DNA of 63,852 nucleotides, the filler included, from Reticulomyxa filosa (taxonomy: Eukaryota > Protista > Foraminifera): the NCBI GenBank assembly GCA_000512085.1. It is 15 parts of 15 records of this genome, joined end to end, with 100 filler letters (N's around TTAATTAATTAA, not from the genome) between each part and the next. Parts side by side here need not be neighbours in the genome. Positions count along the whole stretch, not along the records: positions 1 to 18,081 come from ASPP01022888.1; 14 more parts are not named here. One strand, given 5' to 3'. Each line of letters opens with the position of its first letter. Position 1 is the stretch's first letter. Under the pieces are notes generated by a model that was not told the DNA's origin, did no database searches, and saw only the letters and a program-made list of their open reading frames with translations. Shown piece after piece: positions 1-13,652 of this stretch. A program made the translations under genes and the position numbers.

Positions 1-739
1 CCCTTATCATCCTTTTCATTTGAAAGCTTGTCACAATATCCCGGCGCAATAACTCTGTGCCATTTACAATGCTAATGGATATTCGCAATATAATTATTGT
101 TACAAAATTCCGTACCTTGTGTTAGCAACTATTTTCAAGTACATACGCACTTCAATTTGCAATTGCTTCGCCTTTGTTCTTGTTGTAGCCGAGATCTTTG
201 CTACTGTACCATTTTGTTCGTATTTGGCATTTAAAGCCACTTGTACGACATTGCACGCCTTTGATCTTCATTGTCGCTATAATTTGTCCACATGCGAGAT
301 ATAACCTTAGCAATCCTGAAAAACACGATGGTAAGACACTATCCAAGACAAATTTATAAAAAATCATAATCACCATGTATCGTCTTCAAAACTATAGTAC
401 AAAAGCATGTAAAGATTGTAAAATATGTTGTTGAGAATATATTGAGATAAGTACCATTTGGCTTGTGTTGGTATCAAATTTAGGACTCTTGTTGGGGAAC
501 GCAAATACTGATATGTTGATATTGTTGGTGGAACGTGGCCGAACTAATTTGTACCGGAGTGATCGTCGCATTGATTTATTTGAACTTGTTTGTTGTTCAC
601 TGCTGCCGCCGTTTCCAGTCCTATTTTTTTATTTAAACAAATCAAATATAAAAAAGGAATGTAATTATTTATTTTACTTAACTATTTGTCGATGCCCACT
701 GGCGCCATTAATTTTTGGAGCATAGCTCCAACTTAAAAA

Positions 740-1015
740 AAAAATAACATTACAATCTTTTTTTCTTTTTTTCATTTTTTTTCTTTTCTCTTTTTCTTTT
801 CTCTTTTTTCTATTTTTCTTTTTTTCATCATTCTTTTTTATTATCATTTTTTCTTTCATAAATAACAATTTTTTTTCTCCTCTTTTTTTTTCCTACTTTT
901 TTTTTTCCATTTTTTTTCTCCTTTTTTTTTCTCCATTTTTTTTCTCTTTTTTTTTTCACATTCCTTTTTATTTATTAATTTTTTCCCCTTACCCACTTTC
1001 AACATTTTTAAAAAA
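740..1015. repeat. T/C-rich low-complexity tract
   Basis: Runs of TTTTTTC/TTTTTA; generates the spurious poly-Lys minus-strand ORFs. Confidence 0.7.
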
Positions 1016-3080
1016 AAACATTTTTGGATCTTCTTGTACCTGCACACAACACAAACAAAATTATTATATATTTTTAAGAACATCAAAAGAATAAAATTAA
1101 CTTTGTGAACGTCGTTCGGTCTCCAATATCAACTTTTTTTCTGTGGTGCAAACTTAACAATATTTTTTTTTTATTTATAGAATGTGTATGTAAATAAAAA
1201 CAAACAAACATAAATACAATTTGTTTATGTGGTCGGGGGAAGTCCTATTTATAACATAAACACAATATATTATTTTGACAAAAGATAAACAGTTTACACA
1301 TAAGTATAACAAACCGTTGGCAATTTTTTTGGACACTGGGTTGACATTCAACCCCATTTCTTTTTTTGGTGTGTGCGCTGTATGGAAGAAGAAAAATAAC
1401 GGTTATCGATGGTGGCGGATTGCTATACACGATACATACATAATGTTACTATTTTTAAAAATATAATATAAAAAAACAAACCATATATACTCCTTTCGGA
1501 GACGGGGGTTGGATTCTACATCCTTATTTTTTATTATTGTCATTACAGTCGTTGCCATTTTTTTTCAATACACATCACATACAACAACACAATCATAAAT
1601 TATTTTGTGGATCTTTTAAAGGTTATTCAAATAAACGTATACATATACGTATATCAAGAAAATTGTTATATATATCAAATAATTTTGTATTAGTTGATCG
1701 TGCTTGCTGACCGTTATTTGTTGTCTCTTGCGCTGTCGTTGTAGTCGGCACTATCATTTGCCACATGCTGGCCATTTTGTGAGACTACTGTGCCCATTCC
1801 AACATTTGCAAACTGGACGTTCAATCATCTGATGCACTAGTGTGCATGAGCAAAATGCCACATTCACACCTTGCTGTCAGCAAATGTGCAGTCAGGTTAT
1901 TGATTGCATCCACTTGCAATATTGACTGTTGTATTTTTATTTTTTTATATTGAATTGAATACATATTACTATTGACAAAGTTTCATATATCTATGTCTTT
2001 TTTTTATTTATTTTTTAATTGAAAGAAAGATATAATGGAATTAACTGAAATAGACATGTTCTGGAGTTGATTTGATTGTTGTAGTGATTGTTGTTTGTGA
2101 AAATTAGATTGATTGTGGATTTGGTGTGGATTTGTATGTGGTTGTGCACGTTGTGTGGCCTTAAGTAATGAAGTACAAATTTGTAACGGCCAACTTTGAG
2201 AGACATGACTTGGGCAATCGGACAAATATTGAACGGCGTGATCATACTCGTAACGCCAGCCCAAGACTCCAAACTTCTCCAATACAATTAAAAAAGGGTT
2301 TCCGACTACCAAACTGCACAACTTTGAGAAAAAAGAAATTTGTAATTTTTTTAGAATGTCAATTGGTCAATTGATATTTGCTTTTTGTGAATATTTGCTA
2401 TTTTTTTGTTCAGATTTTTTTTAACATTGAGAAGAGATTTACCAGACAAAGCAAAAACACTTTTTGAAAATTTCTTGCCAAAAAGTAAAAAGGAATTACA
2501 TTACAAAACAGTTGTTTTGAAGTTGATGCGACAAAAAAGTACGAAAAAAATTCTTCCATCTCAAACAAAAATATATAAGTGTTGTTGTCTTTTTCTTTTT
2601 CATAATTTCGTTTAATTTTTTCATATCCTCATTACTTAATTCGATAATGGTATTTGATGTGCAAAGACCTGAGTATTTTCTTTCATTCGCTCCACAGGAT
2701 GATTTGACCAAAGAGAGGATACGGTGTTGAATGCACCAAGAATTTATTTATTTCGGCAAAACAAAAGTAAATTATCAACATACACTTAAAAAAGAAAAAT
2801 GTAGAAAAGTTTAACAATAAGTATGAATAGATTCAAGACATTATAGAATGGTATATTATGTCAATAATAGATTATTGAGTTAACTTTTGAACTTATCTAT
2901 ATTTGCTTTTTTCACTTTTGTTGATTCAAATTTTATTTAATTTTTAATTCTACTATTTTTTGATAATTATGTGTGTATGAATGTTTTAATTATTACGTGT
3001 TCAAACTTGATTTACAAATTTATCGTTTATTTGGCTTGTTTCTTAAAAAAATTTTTAACAGTTTATAAAAAACAAAATAG

Positions 3081-4744
3081 TTGGGTGTTCGGCAGAAGTT
3101 CAGATGAAAAGTTCATTAAAAAAATCATAAGCAGCCCCCTTTTGTTCATTAACAATATCACATTCAAAAACTACAAAGGTTTGATCAATGCAAGAAAATA
3201 TGAAAAAAATTGCAGTTTCCCACTTCCTGGACGTGGGCAGGACTGGGAAAAAGATCCGAACTTTCAACGACAAGCAGCTTACACAGTGCGTTTGTGCGGA
3301 TATTATTTCACAACATCAAAAAAAAATGATGTTTCTCAAGCAGGAAGTGATCGATACTGTTACGTTCCGCGTAAAGGCCCTGCTTCATTTCCAAGACTGA
3401 AAACCAATTTGAAAGCACTTATCGGAGTAAATCTGGGCGACGGTTTCGATAAAGTTTTGTTTTGATTTGATTTTTCTTTCATTGCAAAAAAAAAAAAAAA
3501 AAAAAATGTAATCCACGACAAAATCAATATACGTATACACATACAAAAATGTCCAATAGATGCTGAAGTGAGCTGTCTTTTGATGATAGGAGCTGTTGAT
3601 AAAGAAGAGCGCAGCCTTCGCGGCAAAAACAGAAGAGTTTGTGAAGATAATGGAAGACCAGTTCAACAAAGTTGAAACAAACGAAGAAAACAAAGAGACG
3701 GATACAAAGAGTAATAGCGGCGTCAACGACAGTAACAGCAAAGAAGGAACAAAGTTTGTGACCTTTCGCAACTCTTTGAAGAAAATTGCAAATGTGGCAT
3801 ACCCGGGACCCCAGCCGAAATATAACAAATTTGAAATCGACGTCATTCGAAAAGGGCCAAAGCAGATCCATTTAGAAATTGTGGAAAAGTTGGATGTCGA
3901 AGAGAGTCCAGAGTCGTTGCGGCCGAAGTTTTACGGACGTCGGTTTGAAGCGTTGGCCTTCGATCTCCCAAACGAACAGTCCTCATCACAAGGACATGCA
4001 AAAGATAGTACGGAAATGCCGTCAGACGTAATCAAAGACACCGAGCTGGTTATGATTTTTGATTGCAAGTTGAACAACCACAAGTAAGTTGATAGATTTA
4101 TATATACATAACGTATACAAATATATATTTGTATGCGTATAATCTTAAACCTTATTTTGCACGCAAAGATAATGACGTTTTGTTTCTTTCACTGCATGCA
4201 AAAAAAAAGGCTAATGATGGCTGCAGAAATTGATGGCATCGATGACAACAACGAATTAGTTGAGGTCAAGTCAACGAAGTGGACTAGTCATGAGAACTCA
4301 TATGACAAGGATCATTACCACGGAACTCATCATCATTCCACTTCTCATCAGACACATCGATCTTGGAAACCTTACAAACACTTTGGCTCCGACTCTTCTC
4401 GCCATCACAAATTCCATCCGCTCGACCAAAAACATTTGCCCCGCTTCAAAATAATGCAGTTTTGGGTTCAAGCTAATTTTGTTAATTGTGAGCGCTTTGT
4501 TGTTGCTTGGCGTGATGCCGACGGCAAGCTTGTTGATATCTCGTTTGACACATTGACTAATTATCGTAGAAAGCTGCGTGCTGCACCTACTGTTATCATG
4601 AGCTTCGTTGACCATATTTTAACCTTTATTGATGCCCACTGCACTGAGCAAAATACTTTATATAAACTTTCTTACACTGCTCCATTCAAAGAAATTGAAC
4701 TGTTTCAGTGCACTTCCACGCCGAGTGGACAAAATTCAGTCTAG
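3081..4744 (+). CDS. DXO: DXO/Rai1/Dom3Z-family decapping exoribonuclease (5' end unresolved; introns 3454-3589 and 4084-4209)
   Basis: Spliced reading gives family motifs in the correct order: 'GVNLGDGFDK', 'FVTFRNSLKKI', 'YGRRFE', 'AEIDG', 'ELVEVKS', 'KIMQFWVQA...VVAWRD..G.L'. Both GT-AG introns keep the frame. Confidence 0.85.
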
Positions 4745-5041
4745 TATGTATCAAGACATCTTTTCTTTCGTGAGTTCTTTTTAGTTCGATTACATGTACT
4801 TGATTAAAGCTTAATGTATTTCAAAATTGTTATTGATTACGTTTAACTTACCCTTTTTTTCAACACGTGCACAACCCACTTGAATTTATTTTTTTAAATA
4901 AATTAACCCGATACTTGCAATTACTCAGAATTTTAACTAAAAAATTGTGCCATTTTAATTTTTTTTTTCCGCATAATGTCGTGGTTCAGCCTGTTGGTGC
5001 TCCCAAGAAATATTTCATTATTAAAAAAAAAACTAGCAGTC

Positions 5042-8000
5042 ATGACCCATCATAGACACTTTGGTTTTCTGGGTAGGGAAGATGCTGATCCAGACGAATT
5101 GTTTGGTAATAATGATCGTCGTCGGGCAGGGACAACAATAGAGCATGATACAGCCGAGGAAGAAACAGGAGGAGCGAACGGAGCGGACCACGAGAATGAG
5201 AAGCCGTTCACAGACGTATTTTTTCAGCTGGGACCACCAAGTGTGAAAAAAAAAAAAAAAAAGAAATGAGGATTGAGTGTATTAATATGTATATGCATAC
5301 GTATATAAAAATATATATGTATAAATTTATGCAATATATTAATATATTGAAATATGTGTATGAGTCAGCACGAACGCGTTTAAACCGACAGCAGACAACA
5401 GTGTTTACAAGTGCCGACCTGGACGAGTTGCAAAAGATGGCAAGCGCTGGAGCACTGAAGGATGACAGCGATAATGAAGCAAACAGCGATACGAGGTCGC
5501 AAAGCGAGAACGAGTTGCAAATATCGACAACGGATTCGGAAGGGGATCAAGACAACAACAAAGATGGAGGGAATGAAGAGGATGAAGAGGAAGAGGAGGA
5601 AGAAGATGACGATAGTGACGAAGCAACAGGAGGAGGAGGAGGAGGAGGAGGAGGAGGAGGAGGTAATGGAGGATTAGGAGCAGGACTATTAGGAGCAGGA
5701 TTATTGGGAAATGGATCGACATTGGAAGTGGCAAAGCCAGGATTGGGTCATATAAAATCCAAGTCAATGTTTGGATTGGACCAAGACAAGGCTTTGTTTG
5801 ACAAGAAGAACGACAAGACAAAAGAGAAGAGACAAGAAGCGATGGAGATGAAAGAATGTGGATTAGTGGATGGAGTGATATCGACAAGGAAGATGAATGA
5901 AGTACGAAGCATGTGTCCACCGATGGAAGACAATCCTCATTTGCTTCGTGACGTGACGAATAAATACAAAAGCAATGAACAGCTACTTTTAACTGGCAAA
6001 CAATTTCTCACTTTGCCTGAATTGATGAAACTCGACATGGGGCCACATATCCCTCACGTTCAGGTCATCTTGGCCGAGGAGCAGTTCTACCAATCGCTGC
6101 AAGAAAAGTGCAAGGAGTACGAAAAGTACTTGCGAACTAGCGAGGAAAAAGAGTTTGTACATGAGATTGAGCGTCAGACGAAAACACTGATTGTGAAAGA
6201 CGCATTGAATGAAATGTTGCGATGGGTGGAGAACAAATATTCGACAGAGGAGTTGAAGCAAAGAGCATTAGGTATGTTGCAGCATTATCATCGACTGACA
6301 GATGAGCAAATTCAACAAATGAATGAAGGAGATTTGGAACGCTTTTCCAATGTTTATCGCATGTTCCTAAATTTGTTTAATGAAATGAAAATGAAAGAGA
6401 TTCGTGAAAGACAACAACAACAACAACAACAGCAACAAGGTAATAACTCAGAAGCTCGACAATTGGAACAGAATCTACAAGAGGCCATTGCCAAACAAAA
6501 GCAACAACAAAACGAAGAAAAGGCTTTGCAAATACAACACGACAAAGATGTCCAAAAAGTGGCTTTGAATGAACAAAAAAAGATGAAAAAGATTTTCAAC
6601 GTCGCCAATCTTATACTGCCAAACGACCATCTTCTGTTGCCAATCCCAACAGTGCTGGTATCATTGCCGAAGAGACGGAAAGCGTAGAGACCGAAGAGGA
6701 AGAAACAAAGGTGGAGTGGTTCGCCATTGGCACTTCGAAAGATAATCTGAACGCGTTCCTAATGAAAATCCCTGCGCATGTGCGCACGCACTTGTCCCCG
6801 CCCGTCGCCTCCATGATCGTGGAGCTGTTCGAAAAGTTGCATGTCATGGCCGAGCTTGGTCTGGTCTTCCCCGGCATTGACATGCATCGCGTGTTGCAAG
6901 AGTATCACCGTCTTCGCGATTTGTCAAGTCAAACTTTTAACGTCGCGTCATGGACTATTAGCGAAGTCATTGATTTTTTGCAATCCAATGATTTTAGCAA
7001 TAATAATAATAATAATAATAATAATGATGATGATAATCGTCGTAATTTACTATTAAATGCATGCACTGAATTTGCATTAGATGGACAGGTACTATCGTGG
7101 CTGCAACATCCGAGTGAATGGAAAGATCTTTGTGGACAGGACAACAGCAACGATGCGCAGCTCCTTCTCCAACTCTGCGGACTCTCTCTCGACGACTTTC
7201 TCAACATTGGCATCCACCAAATGTCATCTCGCCACTTGGCCATCTTTTTACACCAACGAGGAGTCAACGACAACGTGGTGATGAACTGTTTAAGCAACGG
7301 TGTCAACGGACGCTGTCTGTCCGACTACCTGCTGGAACATATCGGCGTGCAGCGACGCACGACGCTATCTCGCAACGACTTTTTCACGCACGTGCTAGGA
7401 ATCACCGACGAGAAGGACCAGCTCGCGCTGCTCGAGGCCTTGAAGCAGCAGCAGATGTCGGCGTGTCAGCAAACTCTATGGATCGATCTGGCACCCGACT
7501 TTTTGGACGCCATGGATATACAAAGTCCGGACATGCGTCAGGAGGCCATGCAAGTGCTTGCACGCTTTCAAGACTGGCCGTCTCTGTCCGATATTGCCGA
7601 CATGACAGTGGAGGAGACGTGTCGTCTGCTTCGCACTATGGGCTTGCGTGATGTCATTATTGAGCGATTTGCCGCTAATCAAGTGGACTTACAGACTTTA
7701 GTGGATGCAGGCATGTCAACAAAAAAGAAATCATCATCGTCATCATCATCATCATCATTGTCACCATTTTTAGATAATAATAATAATTATTATAATGCTA
7801 TGAATATCAATAACTTACCTTCTTCCGTTGCTGATATGACTTGCTCTGAATTGGTCGCATTTCTCAAACGCAAAATGAACACTTTCAACGACAAACTCGA
7901 AAAGGCATTCTTAGCCAATGGCATTGACGGACGCACCATTGTACTAAACAATGACGACACGACACTGGACATGCTCGAGGCGTGCATACAGGAGTGCGGG

Positions 8001-10463
8001 TACCAGAAGGAGCTCGCTGCAATGCTGAGCGAGGAGATCTTCGACTACGTATACTACGACTCCAAATTTGTATACAAGTGGTCGGAAGACTCGGTGTTGA
8101 CGTTCTTGAACGAGGTCGGTGGAGGGGGTATCCCCCAATGGGAGGAAATCACCGAGCACGTGTCGCGACATCCTATGCGAGGCGCACGTTTCATGGACCA
8201 CCTGCGCACGCACGGCATCGCGGAAAAGCGCATCTACGACCATTGGACGATGAAGCAAATGCAAAGAAGCGACGGCGCACAAGGATTGAATCCGGAACAA
8301 AAAGCAGTAAAGTTATTGCACGAAAAGTTGAAGTATTATCCATTGCATCCTTACAAATGGGATGAGACGAAGCAAACATTGATGGTGCAAATTCCGTACA
8401 AAGTGATGGTGAAAACGACAAAGTTAGTGCCCCGAACCAAAGTGAACGTGGATATCAACAAGGCCATGGAAGAAGCATCGCAATCAGTCCACTTGAAACT
8501 GATCGAAAATAAAGACCAAAGAGAAAGCAAGCGCTTGAAGCAGCTTAAAGATTCGCGTCAGTTCGTGCAAGACTTTAAGAGAGGAGGAGGAGGACTAGAC
8601 TCACTACTCCAATCCCAATTACAGACCGAACTCGAAGCCATACAACAAAAAGAAGAGCACGCAGAAACCACCGGCAATGAACCCGCTATGCATACCATCC
8701 CCGAGGACGATGAGTTATCGTCCGAAGAAGACTTGAGCAATGAACTCATCGACGACGTAGCTCCGCTCATGGAGCCATCCAAAGAAATCCGAGACTCGAT
8801 GGTACGCACTATATCGAACATGCACGGCATGCCGACACTGGCCACCATTCGCAGCATCGGCTTTGACGACGATGACAACTGGGACGAGGAGGCCGAACAG
8901 AAGCAGGACGAGAAAAAGGAAGAGAAACAGGACGAGAAGGATGGCAAGGGTGCCGAAGAAGACATTTGGAGTGATCAATACTACGAATTGCAATTGAAAA
9001 AAGCCGAGCAAATGGCCAAAGTCATTGAGCAATACATGCGCGGCGAAACGCACTTGCGTGTTTTTTACTTTGAAAAGGACCGTGAAGTGGTGCGCAACAA
9101 AAATAGAGAGCGTCTGAAATTTCGGAGTGTGTCGATGGGAGGGAGTGCGTGGAATTTGATGCCAGGAGGAGTAGGAGGAGTAGGAGGTGCAGGCATGGAC
9201 GGACATCAGAAACAGAAAAGCTCAAACAACTTGGGCTTGGAACGAGGTGGAATGGATAGCATGGACTTTGATCAAATGGAAATTGATCAGCGATGGCTTG
9301 ATATGGACGATGTGGAGATCTTGGATACGTCGCAACGCAAACTGTGGCAGGAGTGGAACAAAGACTACAAGAGCATATACGAATATTACGTGCACTTGTG
9401 TCGGCGACGTAGCTCGCAACATGCCAAGCACAGCAAAGAGGTCACCAAGTGGAAACAAAAATGCATGGAGAGTGACGCCAATATACAGACACAGCGGCAC
9501 ATGCAAAGGGAGCTGGCACGCTTGATCGCGCAAGAGCAGCTGCGCTTGCAACAAATGAACAAGAAGAGGCTGGAGAAACAGTGCAAGAAACAAGAGTACT
9601 TGCAAATCTACGATCAGCTGCAAAACAAAATCAAACGCACGTTCAACGACAACAAAATGTATTACCTCTCTGCCAAGGGGGTGGAGAAATCCTTGCAAGA
9701 CAAACTCAGCGAACTGAAAACACGTATACGTTCCAAAGAGGATGCCATCCATGAAAAGTCGGAGGAAAGCAAAGGTAGCGACGATTTGATGGCGTATTTG
9801 CGATGGGAAATCCGTGAAAATCAATACGAGTTGCAAAATTTAGACCAAAATATCAACGCATTTGATCGCAAATTTACTGCGGTGAAAAATTATTACAATC
9901 AGATTCTCAAGCAATTACACATGGAAAGAGATTGGTTGCATCGAGATTTAAAAATTAATGAAGATAAAATCAACTTGGATAAAAAAGAAATTGTGAGATT
10001 GAAACGGATTGCCGAAGAGTACAAATCTATTCGTGCCGAATATGTCAAAATCCCTTCCGATCAACGATTACAACATGGAGAGCTCCTCAAAGGTGGTATG
10101 AAATATGAACGTCTCATCGACGAAGAAATGGATTACTATCGACAATTGAAACAAGTATGGGACGCCAAGTTGCAATCCTTTTTGACCAAAAAAGAACAGT
10201 TACAATCCCAAAAAAACAAAATTGAAACCGACTTTGAAAAGACCCTTCAAGCTCTACAACCGATGAAACGCAAAATCTTTACTTTGAAAATGGAAGAAAA
10301 GAACTTGGATGCTCAAATCGAATCTTTGAGGTACAAAATTCAAAAACAAACCCACAAAGCCAACCGCTCTGTTCGTTGGGAAAGAGCCAAAACTCAAAAA
10401 CTTCATTTGTTTTCCCCTGATGTTGAAGACGACATCAAAAATGACGATGCCACAAACAAATAA
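5042..10463 (+). CDS. Large protein with about 5 SAM-like domains and a C-terminal coiled coil (intron 5241-5368; frame break at about 6575-6582)
   Basis: ORFs 5266-6687 and 6711-10463 join by a -1 shift. SAM-like starts 'VASWTISEVIDFL', 'IADMTVEETCRLL', 'VADMTCSELVAFL' and 'VYKWSEDSVLTFL', plus 'NGVNGRCL'/'NGIDGRTI' motifs. Last ~350 aa are K/E/Q heptad-rich. Confidence 0.7.
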
Positions 10464-11370
10464 TCTTTTTCTGTTTTTGTTCTTTTTTAATTGTCTGTTT
10501 TTTTTTCCTAATCTTCTTTGCGGTTGCATTTGCTATTTGTGAATGTGTGTTTTGATTTGTTCATCCAAAAGTTGGAAGGGGAAGAAGGAAACAAAAAATA
10601 ATAAAGTAATTGATAATAACAAAAGTGTTGGTTGTTTTTTTAAAATTGTTGCTGTTTCCTACTCACTCCAAACTATTCATTTTTGCAGTGTGTTGATAAA
10701 AAAATTGTGTCTATTTTGCAGTTGATTTTTTTGGCCTTTTGATAACTGAATAAACGGAAAAAAACGTACTTTCAATTTTTCCAACATGAAAAAAATTAAA
10801 TATCCTCGTTAGTAACGCCAAATCAGAGAAGCTGTAACCCAAACAAAAACTGTTTATTGTAATAACTTTCCCACCCAAATTGCTCATACCCCCGACTGAA
10901 AAGCAATCATGTAGGTATATCTTTATTTATAGCAATAAAAAGGGCTGTGAATTTGGCATTGCAGAAATGAAAGACCCGAACTATTTGTCACATAGATCAA
11001 CAAGTTTGGCAATTTTTTGGTGCAAGTCACTGTCTCTTATTAATAGCACATTAGGCTCTTATTTTGCTTTTTGTAAAATCCTAAACTTAACAAACAGTTA
11101 TTTTTTTGGTGACTTTTCTTGATTGTTAGAAAGAGATTTGCAAGCAAGAGGGTATTGTGACTGCAAGTAAAGAAAATTGAAGAACAAAGGTATGCTTGTT
11201 TCAAAAGTTCAGATAGAACCAGAAAAAATGATAATTTTGGCTGCTTGTTGTTAGGACAAAGTATGTTACAAGAGTATAATACATAAAAACCTGTACATAT
11301 TGTTTTATTCGGTTTGTTAAATGTCGATATTTTGTTTGGAACGCTCTCTTTTTTCTTGCCTTTATCCCAC

Positions 11371-13058
11371 TTACAGCGGCTCTTCAAGAAGAAGATCAAT
11401 ACTTTTGGCTAATAATTCTTCCAATCCAGGCATATCATCATCATCTGCAGTTGCATTTTTGTCCGAAGTAGATCCCATCAATATGTTTTGTGCACCTTGA
11501 ATTTGTTGGGAAATCTTTCTTTTAAAGACTTTAGATCCATCAACTTGATTATACATAGACTCTGGCCTAGGTAATTTTACGCGATCTTGTGACGCGCTGT
11601 GCAAATGTTACGTACGATTTATTGTTGGTTATAGTAAATTTTATTAATTTAAAAAGTAAATAAATAAGCTAACATTTCAACTTGCAAGTCCTCAATGACT
11701 TTGTTGATTAATGCATTCAAATCAGAATAAGGTAACACTCTAATTCCGTCAGCAAGCTGTTTCATACGTCGATCCACCCCGGTTAGCCTTTCAAACAGCT
11801 GTTTCGACTTTTCAGGCAGCTTGGATTTCAAAGTGGTATATTCAGAATCGGTTATAGCGAATCGATGATCCAAAAGCTGAAATTGATCAAATAGTGATCT
11901 GATCCAAAACACATGCTGATTGACGACTTCGACTTTCATTTGATGTTCAAACTTGTCAATAAACAGGATCAATTCTTTTTCTCTTTAATTGATACGTCAT
12001 TAAAAAAAAAAGTATTTTCGAACTTGTTTGTCTATTTCATGAGCCCCCCCCCCTCTCTCCCAAAAAAAAATAAAAATAAAAACAAACTCTTTTTCATTGT
12101 TATTAGCATGAAGAGCAGTGCGACACTTGGCCTTGAAATCGTCGAGTTTGGTATCCAAAAGCAAGTCCAAATAATTTAGCAGAGTGCGCGTTTTGTCCAA
12201 ATACGTTTCTTGAACATCCACTGCTTTTGCAAATTTGGCAAATATTGCCGCCAGCTTTTGCAACGCATTGTCAAGTTTTTCCGCTTTTCTCGTTATGCTA
12301 CCGCCATACATGCTATGCACCATTCCGAATAAGTTGCTCGCCACGGCAATGCAGCCTAACAGCACATCGGCTGGTTTTATCCTATTCATTATTATTATTG
12401 TTATTATTATTATTATTATTGTTATTGGATTTACTTTGCTTTTTATTTACTTTTCATTTTATTGTTGGAAAATCCATATGCATAGGTATACATGTACACT
12501 CTAGTGTTACATTAACACTTCTTAATTCAAAAAAATTCTTTTTTTTTTTTTTACGTATTGTTTCGCGTCATCATGTACGTGTGTGCATATGTGAAATATA
12601 AATAGTCAGTTGTTTTACCCAACGAGAATCAGCACAAGCAATGCGACGGAAATGGCGAATAAAAATCCATAAATTATCGATGTCGCAGAAGTGTGCGTAT
12701 CCACAAACAGGTCCCTTAGCGTTGGCTTTTGATGCAACAAGTCTTCATTGTCAATTCTCGCCGACTTGGCTTGTGATGCCTTTCTTCTCAAGTCTTGAAT
12801 AAAGTTAATTTGGCTCAAGTCTTCCTTTTCTGGAGATTTCGGTGATCGGTTTGGAGACTTATCTGCAAATTCTTTTGCATCCAACGGAGGTAAACACAAA
12901 TCAAAAATCAAATTTTTTTAACAACCATGGCCGACTCTGTTGTCTCCTTTTGAGTGCTCACCTTGAAGTTCGACTACGGTCTGCCCTGATGTCACTGCAT
13001 AATGCTCCTCAAGAGCACTCATTTTCGGAGAATCAGCACCATTCATTTGCAAGGTCAT
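11371..13058 (-). CDS. Multi-exon hypothetical membrane protein (two hydrophobic helices followed by a helical domain)
   Basis: ATG at 13058 (MTLQMNGADSPKM). A 54-nt intron removes an in-frame TAA. Hydrophobic segments 'IIYGFLFAISVALLVLILVG' and 'VLLGCIAVASNLFGMV'. Coding-like ORFs 12000-12389, 11649-11972 and 11371-11604 are separated by low-complexity intron-like gaps. Confidence 0.5.
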
Positions 13059-13652
13059 CGTAAAGGAAAATTGATTTCAGCGAAATAGAATAATTTCCCT
13101 GATTTCCAAAAAATTTTGTCTGCAACAACTTGGTACGGTTTAATATTATTTTTCGAAATTTCTGTAAGAAGATTGTAAAACTCGTCTTGAATTATCAAAT
13201 TCTTTTGGACACTCAATTATTTTTTAGTGAACAGCTTGTGATTTGTCTTTATTTTTTATTCTGTTTGTCTTAATCAGAAATCATTTGTACTGCAATTGAA
13301 ATTGAAGAAAGTTTATGAAATATTTTATTTTATGAAAGGAAAAAAGTTGTTGCAGTCAAAACACTAATTGTTATGAATAAGATCCAAGTGAACATTGAAA
13401 CAACTTTGTCCTTAAAACTTTACTTCTTCACAATCTCAACATTGATATTCAATTTTATTGATCTATCACAATAAATGCAAAACAATCTAAACAAAAAGAA
13501 GAAATTTATTCATATTTTATTATATCACAAGTTTGTCATTATTCATTTTAAATAATTAAAGATAATAAAAGTATTTTATAAAAAAAGTAAATGCTGATTA
13601 ACTTTTTTACAAAGCACGATGAAGCGTATAAATTAAAAAATGATCAGTAATA

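Noticed and set aside
674-1086. Lys-rich minus-strand ORFs
   Set aside because: Translation of a T-rich low-complexity tract.
8558-9836. Long antisense ORFs over the SAM protein
   Set aside because: Shadow ORFs of a GC-richer coding strand; no motifs.
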